Positions 1-8,902 of a stretch of DNA of 32,000 nt are shown here, in pieces. The translations under genes were made by a program, and so were the position numbers. The stretch lies in NCBI GenBank assembly GCA_048882505.1, contig JBHLRO010000032.1, positions 1,744 through 33,743 of the forward strand. Reading direction: 5' to 3'. Source of the stretch: Candidatus Thorarchaeota archaeon. Its GTDB lineage: Archaea > Asgardarchaeota > Heimdallarchaeia > Hodarchaeales > Hodarchaeaceae. The notes below the pieces were generated by a model. That model was given only the letters and a program-made list of their open reading frames with translations. It was not told the origin of the DNA and made no database searches. The stretch's first letter is position 1, and each line of letters begins with the position of its first letter.

Positions 1-1470
1 ATTTTCTTTGATAGTGACCGAAAGCGAATGTCTATGGTTTTCAAACGGCAAAGACCTGGGTTAGAAGAAACATGGGGATTCATGAAAGGTTCACCCAAAA
101 TCGTATTGGACCATTGTTCCCATGTCTTACATGAAAACAGGATAATTCCATTAACAGAGGAACTTCGTCACCAAGTTTTGGAAAATAACTCCAAATTAGG
201 CAGCAAGGCATTTCGTGTGCTCGGACTTGCCGAAAAACAATTACCTAATGATCTTAAGGAATTCAATGAGACAACCGTTGAAACAGAAATGATTTTCCTT
301 GGGTTAGTGGGTATGATCGATCCTCCCCGAGAAGAAGTAGAGGCAGCGATTGCTAAATGCAAGAATGCAGGGATTCGCGTAATCATGATTACGGGGGATC
401 AACTAGATACGGCCCTTGCCATTGCCCGATCATTAGATCTCAAACCATATGAGGATACATTTTACCTCGCTCACACTTCTGCCGAGCTAGAGGCCATGAA
501 TGACGAGGAATTTAAGGCCGTAGTCTCGGATCTTGACGTTTGTGCTCGTGCATCCCCGGGAATTAAGAGGCGTATAGTTGAAACGCTCCAAGACGATTTT
601 GGTCATGTCGTAGCTATGACGGGAGATGGTGTTAACGATGCGCCTGCCCTAAAGAAGGCAGACATTGGTGTTGCCATGGGCATAACAGGGACGGATGTAG
701 CACGGGAAGCTAGTGATATGATACTGGCCGATGATAATTTCGCTAGCATAGTTGCGGCGGTCGAAGAAGGAAGAACCATATATGACAATATGAAAAAATT
801 TATCCGTTACCTTCTCAGTAGTAACTTTGATGAAATTCTTGTGGTCTTTACTGCGACAGTTCTCTTAGGCTTGCATTCTCCATACCTTGCATTAGGCATT
901 CTTTGGATCAATCTTCTAACCGACGGATTACCCGCCTTGGCATTAAGTGTTGATCCCGGAGATCCAGATATTATGAAGAGGAAACCTCGCGGAAGAAACA
1001 GCGGAATGATGGGAGAGATATTGGGTTTTAGTTTGATTGCAGGGATTATTTCGTTTAGCGCAACCATGATCTTGTTCCTATCCTTTTCCCCTACGATATT
1101 GCTTGTTTCTAGCACACCTGGCTCAGAGTTGACGGTTGCAAGGACGCTTGCACTGACTGTCTCCGTGATTTTTGAACTGGGCCAGGTATTTGTTTCCAGG
1201 GCTCCTGATGATAAGAGTGTATTTGTGACTAATCCCTTCAGTAACCTTTATCTACTCTTAGCGGTCGGTACCGCCTTCATTCTCCATCTTTTCATAATAT
1301 ATGTTGGCCCTCTTGCGTCAATCTTTGAATTGGCCCCATTATCAATCAACCAATGGGGTATGATCTTCGGGATAGTAATCATCGGTATTATCTTATTAGA
1401 TGTGGCTAAAGTGGGACTTCACAGGGTTTTAGAGAGAATATCTCCCGATGGGGTAGCTAAATCCGTATAG
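1..1470 (+). CDS. P-type cation-transporting ATPase, P2A (SERCA-like), 5'-partial
   Basis: The frame is open from base 1 (IFFDSDRKRMS), so the true start lies upstream of the window. Motifs: MITGD, VAMTGDGVNDAPALKKADIGVAMG, M5 SSNFDEI, M6 WINLLTDGLPALAL, hydrophobic C-terminal helices. Confidence 0.93.
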   Translation: MFFDSDRKRMSMVFKRQRPGLEETWGFMKGSPKIVLDHCSHVLHENRIIPLTEELRHQVLENNSKLGSKAFRVLGLAEKQLPNDLKEFNETTVETEMIFLGLVGMIDPPREEVEAAIAKCKNAGIRVIMITGDQLDTALAIARSLDLKPYEDTFYLAHTSAELEAMNDEEFKAVVSDLDVCARASPGIKRRIVETLQDDFGHVVAMTGDGVNDAPALKKADIGVAMGITGTDVAREASDMILADDNFASIVAAVEEGRTIYDNMKKFIRYLLSSNFDEILVVFTATVLLGLHSPYLALGILWINLLTDGLPALALSVDPGDPDIMKRKPRGRNSGMMGEILGFSLIAGIISFSATMILFLSFSPTILLVSSTPGSELTVARTLALTVSVIFELGQVFVSRAPDDKSVFVTNPFSNLYLLLAVGTAFILHLFIIYVGPLASIFELAPLSINQWGMIFGIVIIGIILLDVAKVGLHRVLERISPDGVAKSV

Positions 1471-1504
1471 GACTCACACATGAGGATTTAAGTTTGATCG
1501 CGAT

Positions 1505-4500
1505 CTATTCGCGGTTTTTTTGCAGACTTCCTAGAACAATTTGCCGATGTTTAATATTGAGTCCAAAGCAAAGAACGGATAGAATGTCAACAGAATCACC
1601 CAGTATATCTGTTCTCTTGTTTAGGATTTGAATTCGAGAGCTAACATGCTGATACCTTTCATGGACCTTCAGATTCTGCGCCTCTGAAATATAAAAGCTC
1701 CTTTGGATCGTTTTTCTTATTTCGGGCCATTTTTTAATACCAACGACTTCCATTAATCTTATAGAAGCTTCTCTCTCTAATAATTTTGTTTCATATGCCA
1801 CATCGGATTTAAAATGGGTTTGAAGACGTTCAACAAACCCTTGTTGCAACTCTTGAACCTTAGTTTTCATCTTTATGATGTTTTGAACCATGATCGCTAC
1901 TGCATCATGGTAACCATGATCTGTATGAGCTTCCATATATAGATTAATCCCGTTTTGAATGCTTTTTACAATTTCATTCTTCAGGCCTGATCTTGGAGGC
2001 CCATTGAAAGCCAATATTGCATCAATTGATTTCTCGACGTAATGTCTAAATTGTTGTAGTTTCGATTTTGGGGTATCAAATTTTATGACAGGAATCGGTA
2101 TTTTCGATGAATAAGGGAAATCCATAACTCGAGAAGTTTCCGTCGTTTTGCTAAATAGGACATTTGCAAGATAGAAAGACGGAATAGGGCTATTTATAAT
2201 TCCACAGAGGAAATGCAAGGAATATGGAGAGCTTTTAGGCAAGATAATGTTAACTAGTTTTTCAGTTGTACAGAAATCTCCATTCGGATCTACATAAGCT
2301 ACTAGACGGTTCCCACGCAACACTTTGAGGAAAAGGCGCTTTCTAAGAATTTTATCGGCCCGCCTACGTAATCGAAGGTGATGATCGGACGAAAGATCCA
2401 ATAGGTGGTACCTGATGATTTGGTAGGGTTTTACATGAGGAACGCGGTCAATCCAGACATATTGCCCGTTAGTTTTCGCTCGGAGGAGTGATTTTAACGA
2501 ATAGGTGAGTTCGGTAATTACGGTTCTTTTAATTTTATCAGGAATGTACATACCTCGAAATATACATCGTTTGGATCTAATGATCTCCCCCAATGGAACA
2601 GACGAAAGGGATATCCGTTTAACTACATCCAGTTCATTGGATGACATCCCCCGAAAAAGCATGACCTCATTTTTATGATAGAAATCTGAGGGTATTGAAT
2701 GATCGGCGCGAATTACTTTTGGAAGAGCTAATCTGTTGTTGGGATGTGCTACCGCAATTTCAACCTGTTTTTTTGGCTTTTGATATTCGGTCAATCCTCC
2801 AATCAGGCCAATTGTTTCAAAATTGACATTAGCAAATGATAAACCTATATCCAGAACATTTCGAATCCGAGTTTTACTCAGCAATACCGCTCGAACATCC
2901 CTCCATTGCGAATAGAAAGCGAAACTTTTCGGAAGGATAAGCCCGAAACGCTTTGAAATCGTTAAAATAAAAACCAAGAAATATGCTGCAGAGTCTTTAT
3001 GAGTTCTATACAAGTTTTTATAATATTTCTTAAGTTTTGGTGGTATATATGCACCATATGGAGGATTCGTGATGACTAAGTCAAATCCTTGATCCAGAGC
3101 TGATGAATTATCATCCCAGTCCCAAAATTCTACATCAGTATGAAAATATTGGAGGTTCTTTGCTTCGTTCATCACTTCCTTAAGCAATGGGGTTGGCGGC
3201 TCCAATTTACTCCCCTTTAGAAGGGACAATATGATTTCAATTACTCTTCCCTGAAGTGATATGTCATTTAGAGCACAGTGAATCCTTGTCCACTGACAAA
3301 TATCGAACAAGAGTTTCATAATTTCCCTATTGCCTTGTTGCAGCATGGAATAGACCAGATCATCCTTAATCCTGATCCTAGACAGAAATTCCCGAACATC
3401 ACACCAGCGTACCCCCAAAAGGGGATTTCCAACACAGATCCGATCGTCCAAATATGAGTAGTCCATTGGATGCGCTGCTGACGTTATCCAAAGCGAAAAC
3501 TTGGTTATGTCCACCGCAATCGGATCAAGATCAATTCCGTAGAGGCAATGTTTTAGAATCAACCACTCAATATGGTCTCTGGAACTCCTCAAATCGTGAC
3601 TGACGAGAGGTTCAAATCTATATTCTTGACCCATGAGTCCATAAAATGTACTTAATATCTGCTTTGCCCATTTCTTAAGAACATTGAACGTTTCGAGTAA
3701 AAACAATCCCGTTCCGACGGCTGGATCAAGGATTCTAAGTTCAAGCAATTTAGTTAACGGATCAATTTCGCTGAGTTTCTTTATCTTCTCCTCATAGTTA
3801 TCTTCGGTTTTAGACTTAAGAGTTTCAATTTCAGACTGAAAATTCTGGTTTATTCGCATTAAAATATCATTAAGGGCATTATTAGTCAAATACTGAACAG
3901 CATACGAAGGAGAGTAGTAAGATCCTGAAAATTTTTGATTATCCTTTCTTCCCTCGGCTGAAGTTAATGTCAGTTCCTTGGAATTATTTGAGACGTTATA
4001 TTGAAGGCTTAGCTCATAGATTTCACCAAGGAAAGCCGGGGGCAGCGTGCTGTAGTCTATCCAGACAGAAACATCATCGGATGCTGCGAATCTAGAGAGA
4101 GAATCGATCAATTTTGCCATGGATCGGTCAGAAATTTGAGTTTGATTTATGATTACGTCATGTTTACTGTTGAAGATCCAGCTTTTCCATGGGATTCCGT
4201 GGCTAGAAGAAGAGGGTAATCTTAATCTTTGACAAAGCTCCTGAAATGATTTGAACAAATTATAAATGGAGCTACTAAATGATTTATGATCCTCATATGC
4301 ATTTCCGATCCTTTTTCTCAAAACAACCAATTGGAGGTATTCAGAATTGATCTGTACTGAAAAACGATCCTCTACAATCATTACAATGAGGAGGCGTAAT
4401 ATGAATATAACCGCAACATTGTAGATTTTCTGCAAATTATTCGAAAAATGATCTTTTCCGTTTTTAGAGAACTCGTTAATCAAAATAGGTAATGATTCCT

Positions 4501-4570
4501 CAATAATTGTTCTCTTTAGGTGCAAAATGATTTCATTGGTTTTTTGAGGAGAATTTTTCATTATTCTCAT
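1505..4570 (-). CDS. Type IIG/Eco57I-like N6-adenine DNA methyltransferase with TaqI-like specificity domain; no N-terminal nuclease recognised
   Basis: Motif X GSYYSP, motif I ILDPAVGTGLFL, GIDLDPIAVDITKFSLW, motif IV VITNPPYG, TRD-like FLCGIINSPIPSFY. The N-terminus starts at the helical-domain-like segment FILRLLIVMIVEDR. Confidence 0.85.
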   Translation of the reverse strand: MRIMKNSPQKTNEIILHLKRTIIEESLPILINEFSKNGKDHFSNNLQKIYNVAVIFILRLLIVMIVEDRFSVQINSEYLQLVVLRKRIGNAYEDHKSFSSSIYNLFKSFQELCQRLRLPSSSSHGIPWKSWIFNSKHDVIINQTQISDRSMAKLIDSLSRFAASDDVSVWIDYSTLPPAFLGEIYELSLQYNVSNNSKELTLTSAEGRKDNQKFSGSYYSPSYAVQYLTNNALNDILMRINQNFQSEIETLKSKTEDNYEEKIKKLSEIDPLTKLLELRILDPAVGTGLFLLETFNVLKKWAKQILSTFYGLMGQEYRFEPLVSHDLRSSRDHIEWLILKHCLYGIDLDPIAVDITKFSLWITSAAHPMDYSYLDDRICVGNPLLGVRWCDVREFLSRIRIKDDLVYSMLQQGNREIMKLLFDICQWTRIHCALNDISLQGRVIEIILSLLKGSKLEPPTPLLKEVMNEAKNLQYFHTDVEFWDWDDNSSALDQGFDLVITNPPYGAYIPPKLKKYYKNLYRTHKDSAAYFLVFILTISKRFGLILPKSFAFYSQWRDVRAVLLSKTRIRNVLDIGLSFANVNFETIGLIGGLTEYQKPKKQVEIAVAHPNNRLALPKVIRADHSIPSDFYHKNEVMLFRGMSSNELDVVKRISLSSVPLGEIIRSKRCIFRGMYIPDKIKRTVITELTYSLKSLLRAKTNGQYVWIDRVPHVKPYQIIRYHLLDLSSDHHLRLRRRADKILRKRLFLKVLRGNRLVAYVDPNGDFCTTEKLVNIILPKSSPYSLHFLCGIINSPIPSFYLANVLFSKTTETSRVMDFPYSSKIPIPVIKFDTPKSKLQQFRHYVEKSIDAILAFNGPPRSGLKNEIVKSIQNGINLYMEAHTDHGYHDAVAIMVQNIIKMKTKVQELQQGFVERLQTHFKSDVAYETKLLEREASIRLMEVVGIKKWPEIRKTIQRSFYISEAQNLKVHERYQHVSSRIQILNKRTDILGDSVDILSVLCFGLNIKHRQIVLGSLQKNRE

Positions 4571-5105
4571 TATATCCCTTGGTTAATCTTACGTTTTCAT
4601 CGTGCCTTTGGCCTGATAAAGACAATGAGCCTTTAATGATTTTAAATCGAGTGCGTTTGCTGTAGCTTCATGTCGGAGGGATATGGGTATACTCAAAATA
4701 CGCCATTAAACCTACCTTTCGTTGTTCAAGCCACCGTAATTTCTTTGATGGATCCTAAGGATAAAAATTCTTCTTGAAACAGCATATAAGCAAAGTTAAT
4801 TTTATGCATCACGTAATTAGTACTTTTCAGTTTTTCATTGGCCCTTTGTCAGCGTATTTTCAAGAATAAATTGGTTTCGATACGTGGGTATGGCTCGCAT
4901 CTATTCTATCTTTACCTGGCGGCCCAAGTTCCGATTTCCATCGAAATCCCAAAATCGATTTTCCTGACTCCTTTTCTAATATGCAAAATAAATGGAATTA
5001 AGTCCGGAAATAATTATGTCAGCAGAAGTAAACCTCTCTTAACTTTTTCAGTGGATAGTATACCTCAAGTATATTGGGGAGAGGACGTGATTAGAAACTA
5101 AAACC

Positions 5106-5112
5106 TTTTAAA
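5106..5112 (+). promoter_or_regulatory. Putative TATA box for the histone gene
   Basis: TTTTAAA preceded by an A-rich BRE-like tract, about 80 nt upstream of ATG 5191. SD-like GGTGA at 5181-5185. Confidence 0.45.
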
Positions 5113-5190
5113 CAGAATGATTTTTGTCGCGAGCTGTAATCACCCCATCAAAAACTTAAAAATAAACCATAAGGAGAAAAGGTGAGAACC

Positions 5191-5622
5191 ATGGCAAATA
5201 CATTTGCAAAAGCTAGAGTGGAATCGATTGTTAAAGCTGCTGGAGCTGAACGTATTTCAGCAAAAGCTATTATGCGATTAGACGACCTTACATCGGAATT
5301 CGGTACCAATGTGTCCAAAACCGCAATCAATCTCGCACAAACGGCTGGTCGTAAAACCGTGCAAGCTGAAGATATTAAGTTGGCTGTAAATAAAACAGGC
5401 GCTCCCAAAAGTTCCCCAACGGATCCAAAATCGCGTGCATTTGCGAAAGCAAGAGTAGAACGAGTTATCCGAGAAGCCGGTGCTTCTCGAGTTTCGGGTG
5501 ATGCTGTCGAGTACCTCAACAAACAGCTCGAAGCCTACTGCTATACACTGGCCAAATCAGCAATAGAAATTGCACGTCACGCCAAGCGTAAGACGGTCAA
5601 AGACACCGACATTATGGTTTAG
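5191..5622 (+). CDS. Archaeal histone, tandem histone-fold doublet (143 aa from ATG 5191)
   Basis: Two HMf-like folds (AGAERIS...AGRKTVQAEDIKLA and AGASRVS...ARHAKRKTVKDTDI) joined by the linker TGAPKSSPTDPKSR. ATG 5191 follows GGTGA; the ORF track uses GTG 5182. Confidence 0.92.
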   Translation: MANTFAKARVESIVKAAGAERISAKAIMRLDDLTSEFGTNVSKTAINLAQTAGRKTVQAEDIKLAVNKTGAPKSSPTDPKSRAFAKARVERVIREAGASRVSGDAVEYLNKQLEAYCYTLAKSAIEIARHAKRKTVKDTDIMV

Positions 5623-5661
5623 TTTCATTCTATTGGAACTAAAACATTGATATTCACTAAC

Positions 5662-5688
5662 TCTTCCCTCTCTTTTCTTTTTTATTAT
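5662..5688 (+). terminator. Pyrimidine/T-rich archaeal-type terminator after the histone gene
   Basis: TCTTCCCTCTCTTTTCTTTTTTATTA about 40 nt after the stop codon. Confidence 0.45.
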
Positions 5689-5773
5689 CACGACGAACTT
5701 ACCTGATTAGCTATATTCCTAATTTCCCTAGCCGCAAGAGGATTTTGAAATCGCCTCCAACTTAGCAGATGGA

Positions 5774-7711
5774 TTGAATACAGCTCACAAACAGAAGTCA
5801 TTGGGCCAATATAGGACTCCAGATGTTCTAACTTCTTATATGGTTAAACGAACGCTAGATATATGGTTTAGAACAGAAGGCAGCACAAGATCCGTAACAA
5901 GCGTTCGTGTTCTTGATCCAGCCTGTGGGACGGGATCCTTTCTGGCTCAAGCTCTAAAACATCTGATTACAATATATCAAAAGAAATTTCCCCAAATCGA
6001 AAACTCTGGTATCCTAAAACGAATGGCAATTGCAAACAATCTGTATGGCCTTGATATCGACCCATTATTGATAAACACAACTCAAATGGAGGTAGTTGAG
6101 GGGTACAGAGGAAATGTGAAACGGCTTGACGCACTCGTTCCTCCGCCCCGATTCAAACTGAAAGTTTCCTTGCCATCAAAAATTAAAGATCTTAGAGATG
6201 AATACAAGGAATTGTTTATAGCAGAATCAGATGAAATGAGGTTGCAAGAGCTCAGTAAAGAGATTTCACAATGTGAAACACGAGCCAGAAAACAGTTTAT
6301 GGAAGAATTCGCTTCATTTTTCGGGAGAATCCCAGATACGTTGCTTCCCATGTATTGGGAGGCAGTTTTCCCTGAAACTAGTGGTAGATTCTCAATCATA
6401 TTAGGGAATCCCCCTTGGGGTGGAATACTACCGTATCCACGCCAATATGTTGAGCTGTATCAAGTCGGATTGAAACAAGTTGATACGTGGAGTCTATTTC
6501 TAGAGAGAAGCATTTTCGCTCTAGAAGACGGCGGTATGTTGGGATTTGTACTCCCTAATACCCTGTTGCTAAATCAGAACTATTCAGAAGTCCGTCAGCT
6601 CATACTTGAGACTTGCTTCATCCATGAAATAATTAATCTCGGAGAAGGGATTTTTCCTAATGTCACTCAACCTAGTTTGTTGATCATCCTTCAAAGGCAC
6701 CCCATCAAAACTCTTGAGAGACCAATTAAGACTCAGATTGTAAACCAAATTTCTGCTAAGATGAGGAAACAATTACAAAATGAGGGGGCGTCTCTTTTCG
6801 ATCTCCCATATCTAACGTGTCGTCAGGAATATTTTCACAGAGGAAACTATCTGCAATTTGATATATTCTCTGTCGGCCATGAGGGATTCATCAAGGCTAT
6901 GGAGGGTGACTCTCTTTCCGGTAAATTTTTCGTGAAACCTTTGGGGGATCTTGTCATTAATGGCAGAGGAGTCGAAATAAATTATCAAGGAAGAGTGGTA
7001 CAATGTACGAGCTGCGGAATGTGGAATTCTCCAATAACTAGCCGCTCGGGCCCAAGAATCAAAAGGTGTGCTCACTGTAATGACAGTATTACTGAAAAAA
7101 ATCCGAAAGATCGGATCGTTCATGGTACCCCGCGAGAAACCACCGTACCTTTTCTTTCAGGGCGGGATATTCATCGGTACCTAATACATTCCCCGAAATA
7201 CATTGATGTGACGAGGCCTGGAATTCAATACAAACGACCTGAATTATTTGTGGGAGATAAACTTCTTCTGAGAAAAACTGGAAATAAAATCAATCTCGTA
7301 TTAGATACTCAAAATCACTGGGTAAGCCAAGTTGTTTACATTTTCAAGCTTAGAGAACAAGCACCAGTATCATTGGAATACCTTCTGGGAGTACTAAATT
7401 CAGAACTAATTCAGAACTATTATGATCATAAGTATGGGGATCCTAATAGACGAGAATTCCCTCATTTTACACAAGGGAGATTCGTCCAATTACCTATTAG
7501 AATTCCTCGCTCTCTCAAAGAACTTAATTTGGCCCAGAACATTGGAGACCTTGCTTTGTCGATTCAGAAAATGATTCAGCTGAATTATACACAGAATACC
7601 CAGAAATCTTCCCCATTGTTTTCCAAAACACAGATCTTAGAACAGAATGAGCGATTGAATAAAACCGTTAGCCTGTTATATGAAATAACAGATCAAGGCT
7701 CGGAGAATTAG
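5774..7711 (+). CDS. N6-adenine DNA methyltransferase (gamma class, TaqI/Eco57I-like) with a Cys4 insertion in the specificity domain
   Basis: LGQYRTP, VLDPACGTGSFL, LYGLDID, ILGNPPWG, LGFVLPNTLL, TRD-like KLLLRKTG...YLLGVLNS. TTG start. Confidence 0.87.
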   Translation: MNTAHKQKSLGQYRTPDVLTSYMVKRTLDIWFRTEGSTRSVTSVRVLDPACGTGSFLAQALKHLITIYQKKFPQIENSGILKRMAIANNLYGLDIDPLLINTTQMEVVEGYRGNVKRLDALVPPPRFKLKVSLPSKIKDLRDEYKELFIAESDEMRLQELSKEISQCETRARKQFMEEFASFFGRIPDTLLPMYWEAVFPETSGRFSIILGNPPWGGILPYPRQYVELYQVGLKQVDTWSLFLERSIFALEDGGMLGFVLPNTLLLNQNYSEVRQLILETCFIHEIINLGEGIFPNVTQPSLLIILQRHPIKTLERPIKTQIVNQISAKMRKQLQNEGASLFDLPYLTCRQEYFHRGNYLQFDIFSVGHEGFIKAMEGDSLSGKFFVKPLGDLVINGRGVEINYQGRVVQCTSCGMWNSPITSRSGPRIKRCAHCNDSITEKNPKDRIVHGTPRETTVPFLSGRDIHRYLIHSPKYIDVTRPGIQYKRPELFVGDKLLLRKTGNKINLVLDTQNHWVSQVVYIFKLREQAPVSLEYLLGVLNSELIQNYYDHKYGDPNRREFPHFTQGRFVQLPIRIPRSLKELNLAQNIGDLALSIQKMIQLNYTQNTQKSSPLFSKTQILEQNERLNKTVSLLYEITDQGSEN

Positions 7712-7863
7712 GATTGAGCCAAGTATAAAATTCTAAGACAAATTCTGATTCTTAAAAATCTCTATATTTGGCTACGAAGAGACTCCAGCGAATTATGATG
7801 TCGATAACTAGGAAGCCTTTAAAAGGCGGTTTAATGCTAAATTCCGTAACGATAGCATGAGAA

Positions 7864-8232
7864 GTGGCTGGGAATGTCCGAATGAATCAGATATCGAGGA
7901 ACTTTGATTATAATCCTGAAAATTCTGTCGTCACTCTCTCTCTAAGAGGAAACATTATGTTCGGGATAGCAATGACAATGTTTTTGCCGCTATTGGTAAT
8001 CAGCCTGTTCTCCTATCGTAGCAATATATTGTTGTTTATGGTATTGTCATTGATTGTCCTTGGATTTACCGTTTGGTTCTATTTTTTGGTATTCAGGGAA
8101 ATCAAACGAGTAAGATCGGGCTATTATAAAAATTTTGGGCCTTCTCAACCCTCACTTAAAGGAAACGTGGGTATAGGAGTTTGGTCTATTTATTTCTTTG
8201 TTTTGAAATTATTTTGTCCAGTTGGGATTTGA
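7864..8232 (+). CDS. Hypothetical membrane protein, possibly frameshifted near 8160
   Basis: Two or three hydrophobic helices. The start may be ATG 7882. A hydrophobic open frame continues at 8160-8357 in another frame. Confidence 0.45.
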   Translation: MAGNVRMNQISRNFDYNPENSVVTLSLRGNIMFGIAMTMFLPLLVISLFSYRSNILLFMVLSLIVLGFTVWFYFLVFREIKRVRSGYYKNFGPSQPSLKGNVGIGVWSIYFFVLKLFCPVGI

Positions 8233-8608
8233 ATTTTCCCATGAGAGGTATGTTCAGTATTATGCTGTTGGTTCCAGTTATTATATTGAATTATCGGCTA
8301 TTTCAGGATTCTAAATTAATCTGGAAAGCACGAAGTAAGAATTCGGAACCTAGGTAAATGAAATCGATAAATACCTAAAGTGTACCGTTATAGGCATCCA
8401 ATACTATCGAATTGGCGAAATCGGCCTTTTTTTCGTTAGATCCCAATCATACTATTTATTTTGAGGCAAAATTCGATTAAACGCGTTAGATATTTTTACT
8501 CTGAATACCGCTATTTCACTTTCGAAGTGCGAATTAATTTTAAAAGGGGAAAGAGTCCAAAAGGGAAATGATGTTCGCGCATCCACCCTAACTGGGAGTC
8601 GATAACAA

Positions 8609-8752
8609 ATGGATATACTCGGTCCGTGTAAAAGGTGCGGAAAACTCATGCGGAGACCACACCCCTCTGGGGTGTGCAAAGAATGTCGTAAAAAGACATC
8701 CTCACGTCTTCCTGGAACTCCAGATCTCCCCGAACCTTTACGATTTGAATGA
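8609..8752 (+). CDS. 47-aa Cys4 zinc-finger microprotein (not in the ORF track)
   Basis: Manual translation MDILGPCKRCGKLMRRPHPSGVCKECRKKTSSRLPGTPDLPEPLRFE (CxxC-x12-CxxC). SD-like GGGAG at about 8594-8598; TATA-like TTTTAAAA at about 8538. Confidence 0.7.
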   Translation: MDILGPCKRCGKLMRRPHPSGVCKECRKKTSSRLPGTPDLPEPLRFE

Positions 8753-8902
8753 ACTGAGAGACAGCTCATTTATTGTTTAGTTCTTCTCTTCTGTTAACGA
8801 TTAAGTTCCTTGTTTTTGCAAAGAACAGATAGTGTGTACGTTGCAGCGAATCGTAACGTTTATGTGATATCTTGATGAGGACAAAATCCATGGTGTTCTG
8901 CT

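Noticed and set aside
4838-5101. 87-aa ORF between the large MTase and the histone
   Set aside because: TTG start, no SD and no motifs; it lies in the AT-rich divergent promoter region.
1505-7711. Calling the MTases part of BREX/DISARM or a complete R-M system
   Set aside because: No PglZ, BrxC, helicase or nuclease genes are present in the window.
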